Origin: Elusimicrobiota bacterium
GTDB taxonomy: Bacteria > Elusimicrobiota > Endomicrobiia > Endomicrobiales > JBDRNC01
NCBI GenBank assembly: GCA_043811535.1
Contig: JBDRNC010000035.1
Coordinates: 32,001-96,000 of the forward strand
Direction: 5' to 3'
DNA: 64,000 bases
A program made the translations under genes and the position numbers. Position 1 is the first letter of the stretch; every line of letters starts with the position of its first letter. Below, piece by piece: positions 29,174 to 38,422 of the stretch. The notes under the pieces are model-generated. The model saw only the letters and a list, made by a program, of their open reading frames with translations, searched no databases and had not been told where the DNA came from.

Positions 29174-29983
29174 ATGAATGCCTGGCAATATTTCTGGAAT
29201 CAAAGCATGGAATTGAAGCTGCTCGTATTCGCCGTTGTCCTTTTTGTCATTTCAAGATTCACGAAAAAATGGAAGGAAAAGGCCGCCGCGGACGATAAGT
29301 CCATGAAGCTTCGCAAGGAAACGCATGAATGGATGGAAACAGGATGGTCAGCCGTTCTGATTGCCGCTTTCATCATGTATTTTTTCATACAGGCCTTCAA
29401 GATACCTTCGGGAAGCATGAGAAACACGCTGTTGGAGGGAGACCATCTTTTTGTGAATAAATTTATTTACGGGCTTCATATACCGTTAAGCGACGGCAAA
29501 AGAGTTGTTGCGCTCAGAAAAGTGCAGTACAAAGACATAGTGGTGTTCAAGTGCCCTCCGCAGGCCCTTTCTCCGATGGAACGCGACCAGGGAATTTCAA
29601 AAGATTTCATCAAGCGCTGTGTGGCGTTAGGCGGCGACGTTGTTGAGATAAAGAACAAGAGATTATTTGTCAACGGAAAGCCGGTCGAAGAACCTTATTT
29701 GAACTTCACGGACAGGAACGTGTATCCGAGTGTTAAGATTTTCAGCAATTCAAGCCAGTACCAGCGCGCGTGGGAGTCCGGCCAGTTCGCCAACCTTTCC
29801 CCGGACGTGATCCGTGACAATTTCGGGCCTGCGGTGGTGCCTGCCGGCCATTATTTCGTGATGGGCGACAACAGGGACAGGTCGTTTGATTCGCGTTTTT
29901 GGGGACCCCTTCCGGACAAATACTTGAAGGGAAGGGCGCTGCTGCTTTATTGGCCGCTGAAGAGGTTAAGGATTATCCGATAA
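29174..29983 (+). CDS. lepB: Signal peptidase I
   Basis: IPSGSM (catalytic Ser), FIKRC (Lys), MGDNRDRSFDSRFWG; start at ATG 29174. Confidence 0.95.
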   Translation: MNAWQYFWNQSMELKLLVFAVVLFVISRFTKKWKEKAAADDKSMKLRKETHEWMETGWSAVLIAAFIMYFFIQAFKIPSGSMRNTLLEGDHLFVNKFIYGLHIPLSDGKRVVALRKVQYKDIVVFKCPPQALSPMERDQGISKDFIKRCVALGGDVVEIKNKRLFVNGKPVEEPYLNFTDRNVYPSVKIFSNSSQYQRAWESGQFANLSPDVIRDNFGPAVVPAGHYFVMGDNRDRSFDSRFWGPLPDKYLKGRALLLYWPLKRLRIIR

Positions 29984-30016
29984 ACGGATTTAAGCGCATT
30001 CCAGTCATTTTGCGGG

Positions 30017-30050
30017 CCCGGTTTTAGCAAATAAAGCCGGGTTTTTGTTT
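30017..30050 (+). terminator. Rho-independent terminator after lepB
   Basis: CCCGGTTTTA-gcaaa-TAAAGCCGGG stem followed by TTTTTGTTT. Confidence 0.7.
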
Positions 30051-30072
30051 GCAGGGAGCTGGTTGGGCCGCC

Positions 30073-30101
30073 TTTACAAATAAAGTCAAAAATATTATAA
30101 T
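30073..30101 (+). promoter_or_regulatory. sigma70 promoter for nfeD-SPFH
   Basis: TTTACA-17 bp-TATAAT; AGGAGG RBS downstream. Confidence 0.65.
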
Positions 30102-30136
30102 TATGAATAAGAATTGCTATTTAGGAGGAAGACTTT

Positions 30137-30565
30137 ATGCTTTGGCCGAAATGGATGTTAATAGCTGCTGTGCTAATGGTAATTGAAATTGTGACACCGG
30201 GAAGTTTTTTCTTCGCTTGCCTGAGCATTGGCGCCATCAGCGCCGGCCTGATCAGCCTGCTGAAAGTGGCCGCGTGGGTCCAGTGGATCGTTTTCATAAC
30301 AGTTTCGATTTTAACGATTTACTTTGTCAAACCGATAGCGAAAAAGTTTTTTATTCCAACGGCAAAGAAATTCAACGTAGACGCTCTAATAGGCAAAAAA
30401 GTATGGGTTACCGAAAAGATAGAGCCGGCTAATATGGGGATGGTGAAAGCCGGGGGCGCTCTCTGGAGAGCTGAGTGCGATGTTGCCGTCGAGCCGAATA
30501 CATGGGTGGAGGTAACCGCTGTTGACGGCTCGCACCTTATAGTCAAGCCCGCGCAAAGCAATTAA
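30137..30565 (+). CDS. NfeD-family (short, YbbJ-like) membrane protein
   Basis: N-terminal TM helices plus OB-fold (LIGK..V...I....G.VK..G.LWRA); adjacent to an SPFH gene. Confidence 0.88.
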   Translation: MLWPKWMLIAAVLMVIEIVTPGSFFFACLSIGAISAGLISLLKVAAWVQWIVFITVSILTIYFVKPIAKKFFIPTAKKFNVDALIGKKVWVTEKIEPANMGMVKAGGALWRAECDVAVEPNTWVEVTAVDGSHLIVKPAQSN

Positions 30566-30656
30566 AAAGCTCCTGGTTGTTGTCGTTGAAGTTGTAGTAA
30601 TCTTTGAAATCTTTCAAATCTTTACAATCTTAAAATTGTCTTAAAGGAGGTCGCAT

Positions 30657-31538
30657 ATGCCCCCACAGTTGATAGTTGTATTGGTAGTGCTTGCCGTGAT
30701 CTATATTTTTCGCGCGATAAGGATCGTGCAACAGTATGAAAAAGGGCTTGTAGAGACTCTCGGGCAGTATTCCCACACCGCTGAACCGGGATTGGCAATA
30801 ATATTCCCGCCGTTCCAGCGCCTGCGGAAAATAGATGTGAGAGAACAGGTAATCGACGTCCCGCCGCAAGGAGTGATAACGAAAGACAATGTGCAGGTTG
30901 TAGTTGACGCAGTCATATATTTCCAGATAAGCGACCCGAAAAGGGTTGTTTATAACGTCGCGAATTTCGCCCTGGCCGCTTTGAAGCTAGCGCAGACGAA
31001 CCTTAGAAACGTCATCGGCGACATGGAACTTGACCAAACCCTTACTTCGCGCGAAAAAATAAATACCCAGCTGCGTGAGGTGCTTGACGAGGCGACCGAT
31101 GCCTGGGGAGTAAAAGTCACAAGGGTGGAGATCCAGAAAATAGACCCTCCGGTAGACATTACCGACTCTATGTCGAAACAAATGAAAGCCGAGCGCGAGA
31201 AAAGGGCTGCGATCATAGAGGGAGAAGGTTTCAGGCAATCCAACATATTGAAAGCCGAAGGCTTGAAACAGGCGGCTATCCTGGAATCCGAGGGGAGAGC
31301 GGAAGCAATAAAAAGAGTGGCTGATGCGGAAAAGTACCAGATAGAAATTGTTTACACCGCGATACATTCCGGGAAACCTACAAACGACCTTATCGCTATA
31401 AAATATCTTGAAACGCTGGCAAAAGTCGCCAACGGTCAGGCGACCAAGATATTTCTGCCCCTTGAGTCAAGCGGAGTGTTAAGCTCAATTGCGGGAATAG
31501 CGGAACTTTTCAAAGAGAAACAGGAGAACAAAAAATAA
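30657..31538 (+). CDS. SPFH/band 7 protein (QmcA/paraslipin-like)
   Basis: VITKDNV.V.VDAV, LAQTNLRNVIG, WGVKVTRVEI, QMKAEREKRA. Confidence 0.93.
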   Translation: MPPQLIVVLVVLAVIYIFRAIRIVQQYEKGLVETLGQYSHTAEPGLAIIFPPFQRLRKIDVREQVIDVPPQGVITKDNVQVVVDAVIYFQISDPKRVVYNVANFALAALKLAQTNLRNVIGDMELDQTLTSREKINTQLREVLDEATDAWGVKVTRVEIQKIDPPVDITDSMSKQMKAEREKRAAIIEGEGFRQSNILKAEGLKQAAILESEGRAEAIKRVADAEKYQIEIVYTAIHSGKPTNDLIAIKYLETLAKVANGQATKIFLPLESSGVLSSIAGIAELFKEKQENKK

Positions 31539-31647
31539 ATTCAAATGACAAAGCACAAATAACAAAATGAATTTAAAATATTAAAATCAAAAATGTTTTG
31601 TGCTTTAATATTATCGTTATATTTTGACATTTGAATTTTGGATTTTG
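31537..31647. repeat. AT-rich 7-bp-period array with inverted arms
   Basis: AAATTCAAATGACAAAGCACAAATAAC ... GTTATATTTTGACATTTGAATTTTGGATTTTG. Confidence 0.7.
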
Positions 31648-31648
31648 C

Positions 31649-32728
31649 ATGATAGGTCTATACATTCATATCCCTTTCTGCAAGAAGAAATGCCGTTATT
31701 GCGATTTTGTTTCATTCCCCGGAAAACATGATCTGATACCGGCGTATCTTGAAGCGCTTTACACTGAATTGAAACGGTATTCCGGTCAATCGCTGGTTTC
31801 AATTTACGCGGGCGGAGGCACGCCTACGCTGCTTTCACCCGGGCAGGTAAGAGAATTGTTTGGCGCCATAAGGAATAGTTTCAATTGCATTCATCTGTCC
31901 GAAATAACTTTCGAGGCGAATCCGGAATCCTTAAGCGAAGAAAAACTTGGCGCGCTTAAAGTCGAAGGAGTGAACCGCCTGAGCATAGGCGCGCAGTCGT
32001 TTTGCGAGCGGAACTTGAGCTACCTCGGCAGGATTCATACTGAAGACGCCGTTAAAAAAGCCGTAGCTGCCGCGCGAAAACATCATTTTTCCAACATAGG
32101 ACTTGATTTGATTTACGGCGTGCCGGGCCAGACGCTGCCGGAATGGCAAGCGGATCTGAAAAAGGCCGTTTCATTGAAACCCGAACATATATCTGCCTAT
32201 CCGCTCACTATTGAGCCGGATACTCCGCTTCATTCCGAAGGAACCGAAGTTGACGAGGATTTCCAGGCGGAGTTGTACGAATGGACGATGGATTACCTGT
32301 TTTCCGAAGGATACCAGCATTACGAGATATCCAACTGGTCGCTTCCGGGATTTAAGTGCAGGCACAACATGATATACTGGGATAATCAGGAATACATGGG
32401 TGTTGGAGCAGCTGCGGCGTCGTATTTCAAGGGTGTCCGCAGAAAAAATTGCGGAACGATTGAAGAATACATCAGCAGAGCCGCCGCAGGTAAGGATATT
32501 TCCGAGGAATCGGAAACCATAGACCCGGTTACTAAAATTTCAGAAGAGATCATCCTGAAGCTCAGGTGCGCCGGAGGCGTTGAAGTCTCGGAGTATATCG
32601 CTTCAAGATACGGCGAAACCATAAATAAATTTCTTGAACAGAAACTGCTCGAACGCAGGGATAAGAGTGTTAGACTTACAAAGAGGGGTTTCATCCTCGC
32701 GAACCAGGTAATGCGCGAGTTTGTTTAG
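31649..32728 (+). CDS. hemW: Radical SAM heme chaperone HemW (HemN-like)
   Basis: LYIHIPFCKKKCRYCDF, GGGTP, EANPES, YEISNW, HNMIYW; lepA/hrcA neighbourhood. Confidence 0.93.
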   Translation: MIGLYIHIPFCKKKCRYCDFVSFPGKHDLIPAYLEALYTELKRYSGQSLVSIYAGGGTPTLLSPGQVRELFGAIRNSFNCIHLSEITFEANPESLSEEKLGALKVEGVNRLSIGAQSFCERNLSYLGRIHTEDAVKKAVAAARKHHFSNIGLDLIYGVPGQTLPEWQADLKKAVSLKPEHISAYPLTIEPDTPLHSEGTEVDEDFQAELYEWTMDYLFSEGYQHYEISNWSLPGFKCRHNMIYWDNQEYMGVGAAAASYFKGVRRKNCGTIEEYISRAAAGKDISEESETIDPVTKISEEIILKLRCAGGVEVSEYIASRYGETINKFLEQKLLERRDKSVRLTKRGFILANQVMREFV

Positions 32729-32769
32729 ATAGCTTTCCGCGGAGTTTATTGAATAAAGGAGAATGCCAG

Positions 32770-33900
32770 ATGACCGAAGTGTCAGTTGTGATCCCCTGCC
32801 TGAATGAAGAGCTTTGCATTGAAAAATGCGTGGCCAAAGCGTTGCATTCCTTCCAGAAAGCCGGGCTCGAAGGCGAGGTTATTGTCGTTGACAACGGTTC
32901 TACGGACAAGTCAGTCGAGGTGGCGACAAAAGCCGGTGCGCGCGTAGTTCAGGAGTCTTTGAAAGGTTACGGCAGTGCTCTCAGAAGGGGGATTGAAGAG
33001 GCAAAAGGAAGGTATATCGTGATGGCAGACGGCGACGATACCTATGATTTCCTTGAAACAGCGAAATTCGTGGAACTTCTCAGGAAAGGGAACGACCTTG
33101 TAATGGGCTCGAGGTTCCGCGGAAATATTCTTCCAGGCGCGATGACATGGTCCCACAGATACGTGGGTAATCCCATACTTTCAGGCATGCTCAAGCTGTT
33201 TTTCGGCGGGGGCGTATCCGACGCTCACTGCGGATTGAGAGCCTTTACGAAGGACGCTTATAACAAAATGAGTCTCCATACAACGGGCATGGAATTCGCG
33301 AGCGAAATGGTCATCCACGCGATGAAGAAGAAGCTGAAGATCACCGAGATCCCGATAACGTATTATCCCAGGCAGGGCGAGTCAAAGCTGGCATCGTTTC
33401 GGGACGCTTGGAGGCACATACGGTTCATGCTGCTGTACTCACCGAGCTACATGTTCGTCTGGCCCGGTATAGCGATATTCGTCGTCAGCATCGCCGTCTC
33501 GGTCAAACTGCTTTCCGGGCCGATATTTTTTCTGGGACGGCCGTGGGACATACACGTCATGGTTTTCTGCTCGATGTTCGCGTTGCTAGGGTGGCAGATA
33601 TTGAATACCGGCCTTGCCGCAAAGGCTTTTTCGTACGCGATAAGCCTGGAGCAGGAAGGGAAGACAAAGGTGCTGCTGCGTTTCATAACGCTTGAACGTT
33701 CGCTTCTGTTCGGGTCGGTGTTAATTGCGGCGGGACTGGCTATCATCGTATTTATTTTCGTCAAATGGGCGAAGAACGATTTTGGGCAGCTTTCCGAGAT
33801 AAAGTCCGGCATACTTTCACTGACGCTCATCGTGATGGGCCTGCAGACCGTTTTTAATTCGTTCCTGGTAAGCATGTTCCAGATAAAGTATAAATCTTGA
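32770..33900 (+). CDS. GT2, polyprenyl-phosphate glycosyltransferase (DPM1-like) with C-terminal TM helices
   Basis: VVIPCLNEE, VDNGSTD, MADGDDTY, VMGSRF, GMEFASEM; ~4 TM helices at the C-terminus. Confidence 0.88.
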   Translation: MTEVSVVIPCLNEELCIEKCVAKALHSFQKAGLEGEVIVVDNGSTDKSVEVATKAGARVVQESLKGYGSALRRGIEEAKGRYIVMADGDDTYDFLETAKFVELLRKGNDLVMGSRFRGNILPGAMTWSHRYVGNPILSGMLKLFFGGGVSDAHCGLRAFTKDAYNKMSLHTTGMEFASEMVIHAMKKKLKITEIPITYYPRQGESKLASFRDAWRHIRFMLLYSPSYMFVWPGIAIFVVSIAVSVKLLSGPIFFLGRPWDIHVMVFCSMFALLGWQILNTGLAAKAFSYAISLEQEGKTKVLLRFITLERSLLFGSVLIAAGLAIIVFIFVKWAKNDFGQLSEIKSGILSLTLIVMGLQTVFNSFLVSMFQIKYKS

Positions 33901-33903
33901 GAC

Positions 33904-34001
33904 AGTATTGGATATTGGGTATCGTGTATTGAGTAATGCGTTAGCCATGGAAGACATATAAATATTTTAATTTATTTCACAATACACAGTACGCAATACG
34001 C
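33904..34001. repeat. 7-bp-period array with inverted arms
   Basis: AGTATTG GATATTG GGTATCG TGTATTG AGTAATG ... CACAATA CACAGTA CGCAATA CGC. Confidence 0.7.
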
Positions 34002-34011
34002 CCTTAAATAA

Positions 34012-35475
34012 ATGAAAATTCTTGTAATCAACGAACCGTTTGTGCCTGATTTCTGCAGAACGCAGAGGTGGGCCGCCCGCACGCGAGGGCGCGTTCTTCG
34101 CGCCCCTGACTGGTTGGCATACGCAGCAGCTGTTCTTGAAAGGGATATTCCTGAAGCGGAAACGAAACTTTTTGATTTTCCGGCGATGGGATGGGACAGG
34201 AAAGAGTATTCGGAAATAATAGCTTCTGAAAAACCTGATTTTCTTGTTCTTGACGCGACCACACCTTCAATCTACTCGGATATCGAATACGCCAGATCGG
34301 CAAAAGATATCTGCGGCGCGAAGGTCATAATGGTAGGCCCGCATGCGGCTGCCCTGCCGGAACAGACGCTCCTGGAATCAAAAGGCGCCGTAGACGTTGT
34401 ATGCGTTGGCGAGTACGATTATACCGTCCGCGATATTATAAGAAATTTCGGCAATCTTTCCGGTGTGCCTGGAATATGTTTCACGGAGAACGGGAAACCG
34501 AAGCGCACGGCCGCGCGCGGTTTTATAGAGGATCTTGACGGCCTGCCTTTTCCGGCATGGCATCATCTGGACCTGATGAAATATTTTGACGGCGGGAAAC
34601 TGTACCCCTACATAGATATCATTTCGGGAAGGGGGTGCCCGAACCAGTGCATATTCTGCCTCTGGCCGCAGGTAATGCACGGTTTTAAATACCGTCTCAG
34701 GAGCCCGAAGAACGTAGTGGACGAGATAGAGCATGATATAAAACTCTGTCCGCAGGTTCTGAAAGGCGGGGAATTCTTTTTTGAAGACGATACATTCACA
34801 GTTAACAAGGAACGCGCGCTGAATATCTGCGAAGAGATAATGCGCCGGGGACTGAAAATAACTTTTTCAGTGAACGCGAGAGTTGATACCGCCGACGCGG
34901 AACTGTTCGGGGTAATGAAAAGGGCGGGTTGCAGGGAACTGCTTGTCGGTTTTGAATCGGGCTCGCAGGAAGTCCTGGACAAAATGCATAAGAGGATTAC
35001 CCTGGAACAGTCCAAAAACTTCACGGCGCTTGCTAAACAGTCCGGGCTTCAGGTCCACGGCTGTTTTGTCATAGGGCTCCCGGGAGAAACCGAAAAGACC
35101 GCAAGACAGACGCTGGATTTCGCGCTCGGGCTTGACCTGAACACTATTCAGTTTTCGGGTGCTGTACCTTTCCCCGGAACTGAATTCTTCAGGATATGCG
35201 AAGACAGCGGCTGGCTTCTGACCAAAGAATGGAACAAATGGCTGTCTTCGGGTGAACAGCAGGGGGTCGTTTCGTACCCTACCATAAGCCAGGAGAAGAT
35301 CAATCATTACGTCGATATGGGGCTAAAGAAATTCTATTTTAGGCCGGCGTATATGCTAAGGTTCCTGCTTGAGACGCGTTCTTTCGCGGACCTTTACAGG
35401 AAACTGCGCGGAGCCGCGAACTTTATATCTTACCTGCTCCGAAAAGACAAAAATGACAAGGGATCCGGAAACTGA
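34012..35475 (+). CDS. Cobalamin-binding radical SAM enzyme (HpnJ-like)
   Basis: N-terminal B12-binding-like domain (VIMVGPHA, VGEYD), GRGCPNQCIFC, FFEDDTF, VGFESGSQ, IGLPGET. Confidence 0.9.
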   Translation: MKILVINEPFVPDFCRTQRWAARTRGRVLRAPDWLAYAAAVLERDIPEAETKLFDFPAMGWDRKEYSEIIASEKPDFLVLDATTPSIYSDIEYARSAKDICGAKVIMVGPHAAALPEQTLLESKGAVDVVCVGEYDYTVRDIIRNFGNLSGVPGICFTENGKPKRTAARGFIEDLDGLPFPAWHHLDLMKYFDGGKLYPYIDIISGRGCPNQCIFCLWPQVMHGFKYRLRSPKNVVDEIEHDIKLCPQVLKGGEFFFEDDTFTVNKERALNICEEIMRRGLKITFSVNARVDTADAELFGVMKRAGCRELLVGFESGSQEVLDKMHKRITLEQSKNFTALAKQSGLQVHGCFVIGLPGETEKTARQTLDFALGLDLNTIQFSGAVPFPGTEFFRICEDSGWLLTKEWNKWLSSGEQQGVVSYPTISQEKINHYVDMGLKKFYFRPAYMLRFLLETRSFADLYRKLRGAANFISYLLRKDKNDKGSGN

Positions 35476-36404
35476 TGGATAAACAATTCTTGAAGCTTTT
35501 AAAATGCCCCGAAACCGGAGAGGACCTTGTTGTTTCCGGAAACGAGCTTACATCATCCGGAGGAGGGCGCAGGTACAAGCTGTCCTCTGCGGGAATACCG
35601 ATGTTTGCCGCCGCGTGTTTTTCTCCGGAAGGCAAGATACAAGAAAAACACTACAATAAGGTCGCCGCAGAATACCTCGAAAACCTCGGCTACTCCCACA
35701 CAAAATACTATATTTCTTATCTCAACAGACTCTTAATGAAGTATTTTGATAAGGGAAAAACGGTCGTGGCCGCGGAGATTTGCTGCGGCGATGGGGAAGG
35801 GCTTAAGATGATCGGGAAAACCCTTGAGCTCGGAGTTGGGGTAGACGTGTCGTGCTCAATGCTGGAAGGGGCGAAGAGAAATCTTGCCAACGGAAATGTC
35901 TTTTTTGTCCAGGCGGACGCGACCTTGCTTCCTCTCAAAGATAGCAGTTTTGACGCTGCCGTATTGCTGGGCGGTATACATCATGTTATCAACAGGGAGA
36001 AACTGTTCTCCGAAATATACAGAATATTGAAGCCCGGGGGGAAACTTTACTGGCGCGAGCCGCTGAATGATTTTCCGCTTTGGAAGTGGCTCAGGTATAT
36101 CGTGTACCGTCTTTCTCCGGCGCTGGATTCCAAGACGGAAGCCCCGCTGGAATACAAACTTACGAAAAAACAGCTCAACGACGCGGGCATTTCGCTGAAA
36201 CTCTGGAACACGTGCGGTTTTCTGGCTTTCGCGCTGTTCATGAACAGTGATGTGCTTGTTATTACAAGGTTGTTCAGGTTCGTGCCCGGAATTGAGATTC
36301 TTGTGAAAATGGCCGCGAAATTCGATGAATATCTTCTAAATATAGACGTGTTCAGAAATCTCGGTTTTCTTGTTATAGGTATGGCCGAAAAACGGAGGCA
36401 GTGA
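35475..36404 (+). CDS. Trm112-like domain + class I SAM methyltransferase
   Basis: LKLLKCPETG...AGIPMF N-terminus; EICCGDG, ADATLLP..DSSFD, EIYRILKPGG. Confidence 0.85.
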   Translation: MDKQFLKLLKCPETGEDLVVSGNELTSSGGGRRYKLSSAGIPMFAAACFSPEGKIQEKHYNKVAAEYLENLGYSHTKYYISYLNRLLMKYFDKGKTVVAAEICCGDGEGLKMIGKTLELGVGVDVSCSMLEGAKRNLANGNVFFVQADATLLPLKDSSFDAAVLLGGIHHVINREKLFSEIYRILKPGGKLYWREPLNDFPLWKWLRYIVYRLSPALDSKTEAPLEYKLTKKQLNDAGISLKLWNTCGFLAFALFMNSDVLVITRLFRFVPGIEILVKMAAKFDEYLLNIDVFRNLGFLVIGMAEKRRQ

Positions 36405-37354
36405 TGGGAAATAAACACTTGAGCATTGTTATTCCGGTTTACAACGAGCAGGACAGCGTACAGGAACTGTACGGGAAACTGAAACAGCTTAAAGGCGAGT
36501 ATAATGGGAAGATAGATATCATTTTCGTGGACGACGGTTCGACGGATTCAACCGGAAAAATACTGAAGGATATCGCGGAACGGGACAAATCGGTTTCCAT
36601 GATCATACTGAACATGAACTACGGCCAGACGCTGGCGCTCGCGGCGGGCATCAAGAGTTCAATCGGGGAAATAATCGTGACGATGGATTCGGATCTCCAG
36701 AACGATCCCATGGACATCCCTAAACTGCTTGAAGGGATAGAGATGGGATATGACGTTGTGAGCGGATGGAGGAAGGAAAGAAAGGACGCCTTTTTCTCGA
36801 GACTTCTTCCGAGCATGGCGGCTAACGCCCTGATATCCTTCCTGACCCGGATAAAACTGCACGATTTCGGATGCACTCTCAAGGCGTACCGCAGGGAATA
36901 CGTAGATAATATATCCATCCACGGAGAGATGCACAGGTTCCTTCCCGCGTATTGCGCGTGGCAAGGAGCCAGGATAGTCGAAATCGTGGTCAACCATCAC
37001 GCGAGGAAGTACGGAAAATCAAAATACGGTTTTGGAAGCAGGACGTTCAAAGTGCTGCTCGATCTTTTGGTCCTTAAATTCATCTTATCGTATTTTACGA
37101 AGCCCATCTACGTTTTCGGCGGGGTGTCGCTGGTTTCGGTCGTCCTGGGCATTCTCTCGGGCGCCGCGGCTGTAATAAGCAAGCTTTACTTAACGAGCAA
37201 GTTGATAGTGCTTTTGTCATATACGAGCGTACTGCTGATTTTCCTCGGCATAATCTGTTTTTTGATGGGCCTGCTTGCGGAAGTCCTTGTCAGGCTGTAT
37301 TTTGAGGTCAGGAAACAGCCGATCTACAGGATAAGGGAAAAAATAAATATTTAA
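36401..37354 (+). CDS. GT2, ArnC/GtrB-like undecaprenyl-phosphate glycosyltransferase
   Basis: IPVYNE, VDDGSTD, MDSDLQNDP, DVVSGWR, DFGCTLKAYR, GEMHRFLP; two C-terminal TM helices. Confidence 0.9.
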   Translation: MMGNKHLSIVIPVYNEQDSVQELYGKLKQLKGEYNGKIDIIFVDDGSTDSTGKILKDIAERDKSVSMIILNMNYGQTLALAAGIKSSIGEIIVTMDSDLQNDPMDIPKLLEGIEMGYDVVSGWRKERKDAFFSRLLPSMAANALISFLTRIKLHDFGCTLKAYRREYVDNISIHGEMHRFLPAYCAWQGARIVEIVVNHHARKYGKSKYGFGSRTFKVLLDLLVLKFILSYFTKPIYVFGGVSLVSVVLGILSGAAAVISKLYLTSKLIVLLSYTSVLLIFLGIICFLMGLLAEVLVRLYFEVRKQPIYRIREKINI

Positions 37355-37421
37355 TCCCCCGCCGCGGCGGGGAAAAAGGCCGCATAAATAATCCCCTTTC
37401 GGGGACACAGGAGAAGCTCCA

Positions 37422-38420
37422 CTGCGAAAAGAACTCCTCGAATATATCTGCTGTCCGAAATGCGGCAAAGATTTTAAACTTGAGATAATGTCCGAACAAT
37501 CGGGCCACATTTATGATGGCTCGCTTCTATGCGGCGGGTGCGCCTCGTCATTCCCGGTTGAAGAGGGGGTCCCGAACCTGCTTATAGTCAGGGACAACAA
37601 GCAGGAAAAAGTCATGGCAAAGGGATTCGAGTACGAGTGGAACCTTTTCTTTAAGAAAGACAAGCCGTATTTCAAGGAGATGTTCCTTGAGTGGGTCACG
37701 CCGCTCAAGCCCGAGGATTTCAGGGATAAGGTTGTTCTGGACGCTGGCTGCGGAATGGGGCGGAACACGATGGTGTGCGGTTCATTCTCTCCGAAAGCTG
37801 TGATAGGTATGGACATACACGACGGAGTAAAAGTTCTGTTCGAGAACTCAAAGTCAATATCTAACATGCACGTAGTAAAAGCGGATATATTCCATCTCCC
37901 GTTCAAAACAATATTTGATGCCGCGTATTCTATCGGAGTCATTCACCACACGCCTGACCCGACCAAGGCGTTCAATAGCCTTGCGTCGGTGCTGAAACCG
38001 TCCGGGATGCTTTCAGTTTTTGTCTACGGCAGGGAGAAAAATACGCTGGTAGCCGACCATATCGGACTTTTGAGGGTAAAACTTTTTTCAAGGCTTCCAA
38101 ATACAGTTCTATTAGCGTTATCGAAAGTCCTCGGACTGGTTCTTTTCGCGTATCTGCGCTATATTTTCTGCCCGCTGATCCGCGTCTTTCCTGCGGTTAG
38201 AAGAAATATCAGTTATTCGGATTACTTCCTATGGTTGAACAAGACGGATATTGAATACTGCGTGCATGTGGTTTTTGACCACCTGGTCACTCCGATAGCT
38301 TCTTATCATTCAACGGCGGAACTGGTAAACTGGTACGGCTCAAACGGTTTCTCGGATGTTAAGATATGGAACCGATATAATATCACTCACGTGGGTTTCG
38401 GAAGGAAAAGCCGGGAATAA
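37422..38420 (+). CDS. Trm112-like zinc domain + class I SAM methyltransferase (probable CTG start)
   Basis: VLDAGCGMG, SIGVIHHTPDP, VLKPSG; frame extends 22 codons upstream of ATG 37488 to give (M)RKELLEYICCPKCG...GSLLCGGC..SFPVEEGVPNLL. Confidence 0.85.
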   Translation: MRKELLEYICCPKCGKDFKLEIMSEQSGHIYDGSLLCGGCASSFPVEEGVPNLLIVRDNKQEKVMAKGFEYEWNLFFKKDKPYFKEMFLEWVTPLKPEDFRDKVVLDAGCGMGRNTMVCGSFSPKAVIGMDIHDGVKVLFENSKSISNMHVVKADIFHLPFKTIFDAAYSIGVIHHTPDPTKAFNSLASVLKPSGMLSVFVYGREKNTLVADHIGLLRVKLFSRLPNTVLLALSKVLGLVLFAYLRYIFCPLIRVFPAVRRNISYSDYFLWLNKTDIEYCVHVVFDHLVTPIASYHSTAELVNWYGSNGFSDVKIWNRYNITHVGFGRKSRE

Positions 38421-38422
38421 AT

